The position numbers were made by a program, and so were the translations under genes. A DNA stretch of 64,000 nucleotides from Myxococcota bacterium. GTDB lineage: Bacteria > Myxococcota_A > SURF-8 > G963663525. The stretch is taken from contig CAXXVK010000053.1 of assembly GCA_963676915.2 (NCBI GenBank), forward strand, positions 96,001 to 160,000. Direction: 5' to 3'. The notes under the pieces were generated by a model, which ran no database searches, had not been told where the DNA came from, and saw only the letters and a program-made list of their open reading frames with translations. Positions 55,201-64,000 of this stretch are shown here, one piece after another (the stretch's first letter is position 1; each line of letters opens with the position of its first letter).

Positions 55201-55953
55201 TCTCGTGGCTGTTTTGGCATGGTGGCCGAGGATTGGAGTTCCTGCGGCGAAAACCTGGCCTGTTTCGACGGTATCTGTACCCCGATTCACGAAACGGACA
55301 ACTGCGAAGATGCCAAAACGCTCGAAATCGGTGAAGAATGGATCGTTCAGAGTTATACCGCGCATTCTTACGCCGATCCCCACGAGTACGAATGCCTGCT
55401 ACCGCCGGTATCGGGTAGCGACTTCTTCTTCCGCATGGAACTGGAGGCCGGTGGAAACGGATACGAAATCACCATCGTTCCGGTCAATGGCGACAGCATG
55501 GACCTTGCGCTCGTGCTCTGGGAGCAAAACTGCCCCGGAGACGAAGGGGAGTGTTTTAAAGCCTACCGCCACGAAGGAACGCAGCTTCTGGCCGTCCTTC
55601 CTCCCCTGACGCGCCCTCTGACCCTGGTGGGACAGGTGGTGATTCCTTCTCCCAACCTGCAATCCAAAAGCGATTTGTCGATTCTTATCGAAACCTCCCA
55701 AGCCGAAATCGATGGCGACGATGACGCCGACAATGACCTCGATGTGGAGCCAATCGAGCAGGAATCCAGCGAAAACCCAAGCGAAATCGGCACGGAAAAC
55801 GAGTGGGAAACGGACCAGGAAAAAACCAAGAAGAAAAACGACGACTTCCTGGGCCTCGGCTGCGGAAAATGTCCACCACCTATCGAAGGGGCGGGAATGG
55901 TTCTGATGGTGCTGGGGCTTGCGTTTGTAAGACGGTTTCGGGAAAGTTTCTGA
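49279..55953 (+). CDS. Giant (2224 aa) cell-surface protein: carboxypeptidase-regulatory-like, PPC-like, Ig/FN3-like repeats, Cys-rich repeats, MYXO-CTERM-like anchor
   Basis: Signal peptide; repeated N.AP..P / DPD.D / YW.R.RA.D units; CDDG..CT.D.C repeats; C-terminal GCGKC, TM helix, RRFR. Confidence 0.8.
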   Translation: MFGTKRIWKKVSALSWFFILTLAALSSAWGAEVSGRVSETGSGGLPGIEVRLWFSTADGYAIAHSTTTDANGDYRFPSVSEGTYKLDSQMVYLPGGGSNNWVRTWYDVETPVNDGRTFEEADEIEVSATGTNLFDLHMDEGGGLDGRVLIDAVATGGINVRVQRKDDARVYLHRVTEQQSPLTGKFFFRGLPAGNYSVIVHDPEGIKGTSVFEGPFVVAAGLNGYTGDLSPANLPTDPNEPNNSFYRSTSIDVSGVRQFPQVVWESSSTTIAPKTEDTDFFCFNMVAGDRFEIRTETPLTVDGQEISHPWMDPVLGFFRITEYPLYKDNNSGPGGLNAKIDTGELTEDGEFCVAVSTSGDLDDFDGVGQTVAGAYTLHIEMANRVPRLSVTYGDGTPTPQPPGLIGVNENDTLEFQLAFSDPDRNALTVGATLFDYEGNEITQGLEWSENLESGTATLTWTLDEAASMGSPYEFRFIADDSALSAMVQVNVRVYGTNLAPTTPVLVSPELGSEVATSTPFLKLANSSDPDDDELLYSFEIYYDENPLADPNAVIQQIGLAPENPSGETSWQPAELPENTWIYWRARADDRQLSNSFSAWTLPGRFFVNSTNDAPVPPEILEPAFNEVIYSRNVTLEAQNTVDPEGDDVTVVFQVASDDLFMDIVTESPEMEQDTLSGRTLWALDTKLDWGTTYYARCMGIDSHGAVGEASHTVRFSIAPNIVPDAPTLGEPFDSQCEEYIYRFARPEAFEVVNVIDPGEDTVYYHLQVFDFDDLPDYPTTVPVVDALYASALSPAETTSLPVDPELFEENAHYRIRVRAWDEYGYTPFSECDFFINLTDEPPLPVTVLSPEEGAVFPTSTTAVTVVVQNTSDPDQHLFDDEDGVKISYCYDHEPFPNGCDNGNLSWTDIPQSSALTEESTSFIIGGLARGSRVYLKVCGLHRSCGETTERAFRVNDNLPPARPTIFFPREGYITDVLRISTFGHSNGDPDEDFVELGQYELSNQEDFGTVLASSSWMEREWVETMNDWGFYWEPPITLVYNQDYWIRFRTRDLPPSGISPSESEWSVVHFSTVEANSPPLPPEILAPLDGELLEGLTLVAEARPLSDPNEDEINGLFFELSDDETFETSLQNSGWLTERTPEGTLQWNITGLEIGTRYWIRVKSRDVGWLDESAWSKVGFLSRSTNSAPTTPVWITPPPDQGDSFRSFPVEIIWQSSTDADGDKIFYTVELSRIVDFRNGSVVSLVEDMDDNEFPGPFKTFILTEDDAGAIQDLPFYLRVRARDELGSQSDWAYTRTLINTSNRAPELVDVQVLPTPAYSHNDLIATATSIDPDGDLLNGSWRWWRFTEGIWTEHGNTSQVLASSQTLPGDLWKVDYTVDDGLRTIGPVESSLIEVLDYCEDFNPCTHNIWTPDGCSNRAFDNGSQCDVDGKDGMCTDGVCLTNRGPACNKPFDISVGIPHRDHWLVNSAFLGKECLGAERIGPDFFFQFNPLADITYRVTIETTTGTSAIALAYLETCNLLPGCSDHAQTTEGETSVSMDISSGDAEPLLFLATIEDTGLYDNLPIRVDVQPICTTDEDCYDGIDCTAETCTAEGVCSYLPNDETCSDDIYCNGAERCLPFVGCTSSDEVDCNDGIDCTTDACDEEAQQCTHEANDALCDDTFDCNGVETCELSTGCIRGDAPDCSDDVECTVDRCEETSSGPSCVHIPFHYSCDDHEMCTEDICLPGEDGGCINIDRPDDTGCTSGSLTSLTPGVCRTGTCIVNCTTDEECNDAIPCTMDRCKTDHTCENVPSHALCDNDRTCDGIEQCVPLIGCISGQSIDCDDGIACTEDECSESLNRCVHYPRDLACSNGKSCDGREICDRETGCQTISVPDCNDNIGCTLDGCMESPTGPLCLHEVENTNLCDDDKRCTFDRCNPDSGCENVDIPDGASCDDGDQCNGIDTCYSGVCRAGDPPDCEDDDPCTMTGCSASRGCFGMVAEDWSSCGENLACFDGICTPIHETDNCEDAKTLEIGEEWIVQSYTAHSYADPHEYECLLPPVSGSDFFFRMELEAGGNGYEITIVPVNGDSMDLALVLWEQNCPGDEGECFKAYRHEGTQLLAVLPPLTRPLTLVGQVVIPSPNLQSKSDLSILIETSQAEIDGDDDADNDLDVEPIEQESSENPSEIGTENEWETDQEKTKKKNDDFLGLGCGKCPPPIEGAGMVLMVLGLAFVRRFRESF

Positions 55954-56764
55954 AAATCATCGAATGATTTTTCGGACATTTGAATAATAAATATTCTTTT
56001 TATACTTACAGAAAAGTATAATGCCATTTCTGATGCGATAGCTAATTGGATGAGGTTATTTCATGACTCAGTATGATGTAATGCAAGTTTGCACTAATGG
56101 TCATATGATTACAAGTACATTGGGATCACATCCTGAAAATGGAATGTCGTACTGTGACAAATGTGGCGCACAAACCATTTCGACCTGCCCTGAATGCAAT
56201 ACAAACATCAAAGGAGAAAGCACTTATGAGAATGTACTGGTAATTTCTGCAACAGCAATTCCCATTCCACAATTTTGTCATCATTGTGGTCATCCTTATC
56301 CATGGGCTAACAAAGTGGATCAAAAAGAAAAAAATTCTATTTCACCATTGGAACGCGTAAAATTTTTTCTTAGGCGTTTTCATCTATTCACAAAACCTCT
56401 AAGGGAAAGACAGCATAGACGCAATATATTCAAAATCGAAAATGAATACGATGTCCAAGACCTTCTTCATGCTATACTTAAACTGCATTTTGATGATATT
56501 CGTCCTGAAGAATTTACCTCCAGTTATGCAGGAAAGTCTTCACGGATGGATTTTTTATTAAAGGATGAAAAGATCGTAATTGAAGCGAAAATGACAAGAG
56601 AAGGCTTGAAAGACGGTGAAGTCGGAACTCAATTGATAGACGATATTGCGAGATACAAAACCTCACCAGATTGTCAATCTCTGGTTTGCTTTGTCTACGA
56701 TCCCGAAGGCTTGATTCGAAATCCAACAGCTCTTGAAAATGATTTGTCGAAAGAAGAAGATGGA

Positions 56765-57354
56765 GTCAACGACCCTCGCCTAAAGGCGAGGGCTTGAAGA
56801 TAGAAGCTGAACGACGACTAAAGTCATCGCTCATCTTCTCCCTCGACCCGAAAGTTTTTACCTCCATCCGAAGGAGAGCCCTTCTCCTGCATTCGGATGT
56901 ATTCCATAATCACTTCATCCGTTACGTTCCCACTGCTGGCCACAAAATATCCGCGAGCCCAAAGATGCCGTCCCCAAAAGGCTTTCTGGATGTGACGAAA
57001 CTCCATCATCAACTTTCGTGACGTTTTGCCTTTGATCAACTGCATGATCTTGCTCGCCGATAGATTCGGAGGACAAGAGACGAAAAGATGCACATGATCC
57101 TTTGATACGTGACCCTCTAAAATTTCTATCTCATTCGCTTTGCAAATTTCGATGACCAATTCCCGAAGTCGAAGCCCTACTGCTCCACCCAAAACAGCCT
57201 TCCGGTATTTCGTAATCCACACAAAATGGTACTTCAGATCGAATCGCGTATGCGCACTTGTTCGGTAATTTTCCATGCCTCATAGTAGCAACACACCAAG
57301 AGAAAACCTAAAGGTTTCGCCTAAAGGCGAGGGATTTAAACCCATCGTGGGACA
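56765..57354 (-). mobile_element. IS200-type element (tnpA only, no TSD)
   Basis: Subterminal hairpins CCCTCGCCTAAAGGCGAGGG (56773-56792) and TCGCCTAAAGGCGA (57317-57330); ends defined by restoring the host frame; TTAA adjacent to the end upstream of tnpA. Confidence 0.9.
56824..57276 (-). CDS. tnpA: IS200/IS605 Y1 HUH transposase
   Basis: YHFVWITKYR, DHVH (HUH), KGKTSR, LWARGYF, EYIRMQ catalytic Tyr. Confidence 0.96.
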   Translation of the reverse strand: MENYRTSAHTRFDLKYHFVWITKYRKAVLGGAVGLRLRELVIEICKANEIEILEGHVSKDHVHLFVSCPPNLSASKIMQLIKGKTSRKLMMEFRHIQKAFWGRHLWARGYFVASSGNVTDEVIMEYIRMQEKGSPSDGGKNFRVEGEDER

Positions 57355-57396
57355 TTAAATGTTGTCGTTTTGATTGTCCCGAAAGGAACTTGACAT

Positions 57397-57444
57397 CCAT
57401 AGAAGGAGCAAAATCGCATCCTGCTCCTCACGTTTGTCCTTTAA
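57397..57444. repeat. REP-C repeat, direct repeat with 59305-59352
   Basis: CCATAGAAGGAG-n4-ATCGCATCCTGCTCCTCACGTTTGT.CTTTAA; 43/48 identical to second copy. Confidence 0.8.
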
Positions 57445-57678
57445 AAAGAAACATATGAGCAAAGAAAAACAGCCAGGAAATGGATGAACTTTTTGCAGTT
57501 TTATATTTGTGCTTTTGGCTGTTGATTTTTGTTGTTTCTTTGGTTCTATTAACAGCTAAAGTCAAACAATTCTCAATCTTAAAGCAAGAATATAGATCTT
57601 TTCTTTTCATCCCCTGGAAAACACTGACTTTTCTTTTTGCGGCTGTTGGCCTTAACGCTGTAGCGACTGTGATTGAAG

Positions 57679-58786
<1,108 letters not shown>

Positions 58787-59304
58787 ATTTTACCACAACA
58801 AACACCTGAAAACTGACACAATAAAGATCATACAAGGTCCGTTTACCGGTGATCCAACGTGGGACTTTGCCACCGCAAGTTTCATGTCCGTATTCACGTT
58901 CTTGACTGCCCCCTGGACGGTCGGGACTCTATACAGGTCACTACGTGGCAAAGAAGGGTTCTTGCAAGTCTACGTAGCGATTTGCCTTTGGCTGTTTTCT
59001 GCAAGTTGGTCTTATGATCTTTACTTACTAATCCGCGATGGTTATTACCCTGTAACGTGGTCATCCAATTTACTTGCAAGCTCCATACTGTACTTGTGCG
59101 CAGGACTGTTTTGGAATCTTACATTTAAGTCGGGTAGAGGTGTCCACTTCGCTTTCACCGAACAAGGTTGGCCACAAATGGAATCCGAACAAGCATTCCA
59201 TCGCGTTTTCTGGTACGCTTTGCCATTCATGATTCTTGTTTCTGCAATGATTTTGTATTTTCTGCTTCCTGTTCGGTGGCAGTAATCACAGGTCGGGTCG
59301 TTTG

Positions 59305-59352
59305 CCATAGAAGGAGATGGATCGCATCCTGCTCCTCACGTTTGTGCTTTAA
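59305..59352. repeat. REP-C repeat, second direct copy, preceded by a REP-A half (CAGGTCGGGT)
   Basis: Alignment to 57397-57444 and to the reverse complement of 9297-9332. Confidence 0.8.
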
Positions 59353-59425
59353 GAAAACTTGGGGCTGGGAATACAATCCCCGTCCATCGAGGTCGCTTCC
59401 CCCGTTATTCCCTAAACATTCCCCC

Positions 59426-59935
59426 CTAAAACATACCCTGGCAGACTTTCAGGGTCGGGACGAGAAACACCAGCGTCAAAGCAATGCGCGCCAACGGATG
59501 TCCCAAAAAATCCCTCTGCGGACGAATCCACAACAACAACAATCCCAGGGGGGAGGCGGTGACCAGAAGAAACAGCACGAAGATCGGATGAAAGAAGAAA
59601 ATGGGTTTCGTTTCGGCACGTTCGGGAACCGGACGCGGGCTGTAAGTTTTACCGGAAGACGGAGGCGTTTGGCTGCGGGGTTGCGACCGCGTCGGTGCAG
59701 GTGAAGATTGCACCGGTCTTGGAACTTTGGACTGTTTATAGCGGCTAGAATTTTCCCAATCATCCGGGCTTTGGCCTCGCACGATCGCGGCCACGGTGGT
59801 CCACTCGTTGTACAGGGAATTCCAGGCTTTGGCGTCGGAGCGCAGTTTTCCCCAACGAAGCCAGCGTCGAACTTCCGAACGCTCCTTGAACTGGATCTCC
59901 CCTTGCTCGGTCGAAATCACCCACATGAGACACAA
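59426..59935 (-). CDS. Hypothetical membrane protein (short N-domain, Pro/Ser linker, 2 TM)
   Basis: 169-aa ORF with C-terminal hydrophobic segments; start uncertain. Confidence 0.5.
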   Translation of the reverse strand: MCLMWVISTEQGEIQFKERSEVRRWLRWGKLRSDAKAWNSLYNEWTTVAAIVRGQSPDDWENSSRYKQSKVPRPVQSSPAPTRSQPRSQTPPSSGKTYSPRPVPERAETKPIFFFHPIFVLFLLVTASPLGLLLLWIRPQRDFLGHPLARIALTLVFLVPTLKVCQGMF

Positions 59936-59990
59936 ACTTCCGATCTTCGAGGTTTTCGCTTTCTAGCCTTCTGAAAGTACAAACTTATCC

Positions 59991-60019
59991 AGGTCGGGCT
60001 AAAAAGTAGTCCGACCTAT
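59991..60019. repeat. Degenerate REP-A copy
   Basis: AGGTCGGGCTAaaaagTAGTCCGACCTAT hairpin. Confidence 0.55.
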
Positions 60020-60091
60020 TCGTAACTATGGCATACGGTGTTTGCCAAAGGCCACCAAAAACGTTCTGATTTATGCAAGAAACTCCAATTT

Positions 60092-60820
60092 TCACGAAAT
60101 GTCGGCAAATAATCTGGTATTCGTCAAAACATCCCGCCAGTGTCCGGCAATGGCCGAGGGGTTCCCAGCCTCGTTGGCCGGAATACGGGGAATCGGTCCT
60201 ATGACCTTCACCCGCCCGAACGTTTCGATTTCCATGGGGTTGAGCGGCTCGTCCGGTCCCGGCTCTCCCTCGCTGCCGATCAGCACCACCGCCAGCGGCA
60301 CCAGTCCCCGGTTCCGTAAAGCTTCCAAGGATAGCAGCGTGTGATTGATCGTCCCCAGTGAGGCATGAGCGACCAGCAGCACGGGAGCGTGCAGACGAGC
60401 GGCGAGGTCGGTCATCATGCCGTCCGACGTTGCCGGAACCAGCAGGCCGCCCGCGCCTTCCACGAGAGTCAGAGTGTGATTTCGGGCGATATCCTGCACG
60501 GCTTCCACCACCTCGTCGAGCGTGGTTTCCCGCTTCTCGATTCGAGCCGCGACGGCAGGAGCCAGAGGGAGCCGGTAACGAAACGGGCAGATCGCGTCAA
60601 GCGGATCTTCCGAGCGTGCCGCACGTTTCAGCAACGTCGCGTCGGCAGGTAACAACCCGTCCTCGGTTTGTTCGCAGCCCGACTCCAGCGGCTTGGCTAC
60701 GCCGACATCCACGCCGGAATCGGCAAGGAGGCGCGCAAGTCCCGTGGTGAATACGGTTTTTCCTACATCGGTACCGGTCCCACTGACGAAAACGATGGGA
60801 TATTTTCCGCGTACTGGCAT
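60092..60820 (-). CDS. bioD: Dethiobiotin synthase
   Basis: FVSGTGTDVGKT, KPLESG, VEGAGGLLVP, LGTINHTLL. Confidence 0.95.
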   Translation of the reverse strand: MPVRGKYPIVFVSGTGTDVGKTVFTTGLARLLADSGVDVGVAKPLESGCEQTEDGLLPADATLLKRAARSEDPLDAICPFRYRLPLAPAVAARIEKRETTLDEVVEAVQDIARNHTLTLVEGAGGLLVPATSDGMMTDLAARLHAPVLLVAHASLGTINHTLLSLEALRNRGLVPLAVVLIGSEGEPGPDEPLNPMEIETFGRVKVIGPIPRIPANEAGNPSAIAGHWRDVLTNTRLFADIS

Positions 60821-62014
60821 CAGCCTTCAATGCCTTGTACAAGGTCACGGGCGAATTTCAGTGCCAACTCGCTGTCTTCCCAGGTCATTTTCTCCGGTGA
60901 ATCGCCCGGCGTGTGGTAGTTGAGCGGCAGTTCCCGGTCGTTGAGCGTCAAAAGCGTGATGGCTTTGAATCCTTTTAGCGCGAAGGGAATAGCGTCGGTC
61001 GCGCCCTTGGGCATCGTAGCGCGTATGTGGGAATATTCCTCGACATTGCGGCTCAGACGATCAGCCAGCACCGGCAGTTCCTGATCGGGATAAGCGATGG
61101 GAAACAGCATGTTTTCGCCGGTCACGTACCACAGTTTGTCAGCGGCGATTCCATCGAAATTGATTACGTAGGTCGTTTTGGGATCGAAGCGGTGGCCGTA
61201 CTCGGCGAGGAATTCTATCGACCCGGGCAAGTGAGCCTCTTCGGCTCCGAAACCGATGAAATAGTATTCGGTGTCTTCAGAGCCTTCCGCCACGATGTCT
61301 TCGGCCAGCGTCAGGGTTGCCGCAATGCCGGAGGCGTTGTCGTTGGCCCCCGGAACCGGCTTGCCTCGAAGCCAATCCACACTGACGAGGCAGAACACCG
61401 TCATGGCGATAAACGCAACGAAAGCCAGAAGATCCAGCAAGCCGCTGTCACCGCCGAAGAAATAAAGAACATACACCGCCGTCAGGACCAACCCGGCCAA
61501 AAACGGCAGCATCAGGGTTCCCATTTTCGAATCGGGGTTGTGGAAACGCTGAACGACGTCCGGTCGGAACAGAAAACCGGTGTAGGCGCTGTCGAGATGT
61601 CCCGAGAAAATCACGGTCCGCTTGGGGTTTTCCACGGCGAGATGACCGATCACGTTTTGGGAAAACGATTGCGGAACGGCTTTGCGTAACAGTTGGAAAC
61701 GATAGGTAAATTCACCCCACATACTTACCAGCGCCACCACACCGAGCAAACTAGCCAGGAAATGCCAATCCGACCACCACAGGAGATATCCCACCATGAA
61801 AAACAGGGCGTGGATCAAGTTCACCGAAGCGTAGGTGGCCGGAGTACGAAAGCGTTGGACGGTCGTTTCCAATCCCAGCTTTTCGAAACGCTCCTCCAGC
61901 CATTCGGCGGCGTGGCGTTCTTCCTGCGTTCCGGTACCCCCGATGACCCTCCTTGCAGAGTTCCCAGGTGTATTCTTCAACTTTGGTTTTGCTTTGCTGA
62001 GCGCTGTCCGGCAT
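60820..62014 (-). CDS. Membrane-associated M28 family metallopeptidase; N-terminal frameshift at a G run (~61938)
   Basis: SGHLDS, PGANDNASG, GAEE, NFDG, TDA, YH..D; probable true start MPDSAQ at 62014 with GGAG RBS. Confidence 0.82.
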
Positions 62015-62090
62015 GTCGTTCTCCGTAAACTGGCGGGTTTTCCCACCGAAGTGAAAAAGCGAGTTCGTCGATGGCGTTACTTGGATCGAG

Positions 62091-62921
62091 CTACAAGTTA
62101 CCGAGTTCCTCTTCCAGAATGGCGGGATCGTATTCGGGGGCTTCTTCCCGGTTGGGGAAGATCCAGATCTCGACCCGGCGGTTGGCTTTGACGGCGGCTT
62201 TGTGTTTCCCTGTCATGCGAGGTCGTGACGAACCGAAGGATGCCATTCCTAAAAGAGAGCCGCTCAACCCGGCTTTGATCATCTGCTTACGAACCGCTTC
62301 GGCACGTAACAGGCTTAAATGACTGACAGTTTTGAAACGCTTGTAAGGTTTTTTATCATCCATGTGGGCCACGATCATGAAGGTCCGGCCCTCGATCCGT
62401 TGCAGGGTTTTCGAGATGTCGGCCAACACCCGTTTGCCGTTTTTGGACACCCGGTCGAGTTTTTTCTTGTGGGTCTCGAAAATCGTGTCATCGTTCAAAA
62501 CCAGCGCCAATAAACCGTCGTTGAGTTCGACTTTCAGCAATCCCGCAGAAACGTGGCTTTTGAAATATTGCAAAAGCTCCCGAAACATTTCGTTTTTTCG
62601 CTCTCGGCTGGCTTGCATCACTTCGAGCTTGGCGGTGCTTTGTTCCGCCGTCTGCTTCACTTTGTTCAATCGCAATTCGAGTTCGTTGAGGTTGTCTCCC
62701 CGAGAGTGGATTTTCTCCACCAGCTTCACCACATCGGCTTCGCATTCATCCAGTTCCACTTGGGCGCGGTCGCGGTCGAGGCTGGCTTTGGTCAGAATGA
62801 TCTTGCATTCGGCAGCTTGGGTTTCAGCCATCGCGGCGTTGTATTTAAGCTGCTTTTCTCCGCAGCCTGCGACAAGCAGAATTACTGCGACGAACAACGT
62901 CATGCTGACGATGGATCTCAT
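62091..62921 (-). CDS. OmpA/MotB-family peptidoglycan-binding lipoprotein with coiled coil
   Basis: Lipobox VAGC; AHMDD, LS..RAEAV, FGSSRP, NRRVEI. Confidence 0.85.
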   Translation of the reverse strand: MRSIVSMTLFVAVILLVAGCGEKQLKYNAAMAETQAAECKIILTKASLDRDRAQVELDECEADVVKLVEKIHSRGDNLNELELRLNKVKQTAEQSTAKLEVMQASRERKNEMFRELLQYFKSHVSAGLLKVELNDGLLALVLNDDTIFETHKKKLDRVSKNGKRVLADISKTLQRIEGRTFMIVAHMDDKKPYKRFKTVSHLSLLRAEAVRKQMIKAGLSGSLLGMASFGSSRPRMTGKHKAAVKANRRVEIWIFPNREEAPEYDPAILEEELGNL

Positions 62922-63098
62922 ACCTTCTCCTTTGGCCGTGGGGACCATCCAGTCCCGTTGCATCATACGATTGAATCACGATGTTCGCCGTATTGTAACG
63001 CCATTGGCCGCAAGGTCAAGAAACACTGCGGGAAACGGTACTTTCGAGCTCAAACGGTAGGACGAGTTTTTCAGAAATCATGCACCATGAAACACCGG

Positions 63099-63632
63099 TT
63101 ATTCGATGGTTTCCGACGCGAAAAGAAGACCAAGGACGTTCCAGTCGTAACGACTGTCCTGGTGGAGTTGTACGACGAGGGTTTCATCCGGTAGCGCGAC
63201 CAGTGCCAGCACGTCCCGTTTTCCCATCGATTTCGCTCGGGGACGTAGCCAGTCCGGCGGGAGAGTTCGTTTGGTCTTGTCAGTGAAATCCACCGGGGCA
63301 AACGTTCGCACGTCGAAAGGTTTTTGTGCGGTTTTGTCCGATGTTTGCTGAAACGACGCGAATTTTTCCATCAACATCATGCAGGTCGTGTCCCCGGTCA
63401 ATTCCCGGCCAACGTCGTCAACTGACAACCAGAACGCCGTATCCTGCGTGATATGACGGCAGGCGCGGGCTTCGTCACCTTGAACGGCCGCGTCCGCCAT
63501 GGCTTGCACCGCCCAGCGGGCTTCTTCCAAACGGTTGTCTTCTGGCCAGGGATGGTGTGGCAGCGACCGAGTGGAACAGGCCGCCATGGTGACAAATACC
63601 CCCAGCGTCCAGATCCATCGAATCAGGGACAT
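63099..63632 (-). CDS. Hypothetical lipoprotein
   Basis: MSLIRW..MAAC lipobox; GGAGAGG RBS; abuts upstream stop. Confidence 0.6.
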   Translation of the reverse strand: MSLIRWIWTLGVFVTMAACSTRSLPHHPWPEDNRLEEARWAVQAMADAAVQGDEARACRHITQDTAFWLSVDDVGRELTGDTTCMMLMEKFASFQQTSDKTAQKPFDVRTFAPVDFTDKTKRTLPPDWLRPRAKSMGKRDVLALVALPDETLVVQLHQDSRYDWNVLGLLFASETIE

Positions 63633-64000
63633 CAGGCCACCTCTCCGAAACGAAATGCGGTATATTGCGCCACATCCGGGTCCGGATCGCGCAGCAGAAA
63701 TTCGCAGGTGTTGCGTGCCATCTCGTCTTCGATATCGAAAGCGCAGGCTACGGCGATTTGACGCACGACAGGCGACGAATGTTCCAGGGCATACGAGAGA
63801 ATTTCCGGTCGCAACCATTGTCGCCGCATTCCGGCACGAAGCGCACAGGCAATAACCCATGGATCGGAGTGGCCTAGCTGCTTTTCAAGCAATTCATGCG
63901 CCGTTGGGTGCTGAAGCCGGAAAAACTGCTTGCCCCGATGCATCGCTTCCTGGTTATTGGTGGCTTCGAGAATCGGCAGCATGTAGTGACGAGTTTCGGC
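63632..64000 (-). CDS. HEAT-repeat protein, C-terminal part (truncated by window end)
   Basis: HSDPWV.ACA, HSSPVVRQ.A, DPDPDV repeats. Confidence 0.6.
   Translation of the reverse strand, partial: AETRHYMLPILEATNNQEAMHRGKQFFRLQHPTAHELLEKQLGHSDPWVIACALRAGMRRQWLRPEILSYALEHSSPVVRQIAVACAFDIEDEMARNTCEFLLRDPDPDVAQYTAFRFGEVA

Larger units (their letters stand above)
56063..57393 (+). pseudogene. DUF2321-like Zn-ribbon + PD-(D/E)XK (DpnII/MboI-like) nuclease, interrupted by IS200
   Basis: CTNGH, CDKC, CPEC, CHHC; EYDVQDLL..RMDFLL..IEAK..FVYDP; removing 56765-57354 restores ...EEDG-LNVVVLIVPKGT* (246 aa); low GC. Confidence 0.8.

Noticed and set aside
56765-57354. TnpB/IscB (OMEGA) nuclease in the IS200/IS605 element
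   Set aside because: The element is 590 bp and holds only tnpA; there is no room for an accessory nuclease or full omega RNA, despite the GTCAAC-type end.

Overview
A roughly 55% GC bacterial chromosome segment. The many lipoproteins, a giant Cys-rich surface protein with a MYXO-CTERM-like tail and a sigma-54 regulator suggest a Deltaproteobacteria/Myxococcota-like organism (inference). Most of the window is housekeeping or metabolic genes (rng, rmlA, rdgB, rph, crcB, hisC, secG, bioD, tRNA-Lys), an arsRC-arsP-arsE-arsF-arsG cluster and fatty-acid/CoA enzymes. At least eight conserved genes carry 1-2 bp frameshifts that look like long-read errors. The best signal is an IS110 element (57664-58836) whose upstream non-coding end reads as a complete bridge RNA. 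Its donor loop matches the element's own circle junction, and a sigma-70 promoter forms only across that junction. Its target loop spells TCCCGAC-CT-ACA, the end of a GTAG-type REP family dispersed through this window. The window also has a 202-bp MITE family (3 copies, 9-bp TSDs) carrying an internal REP doublet, a second MITE-like element, a third palindromic repeat family, and a low-GC island where a Zn-ribbon/restriction-like nuclease gene and its neighbour are each interrupted by a scarlessly excisable element.
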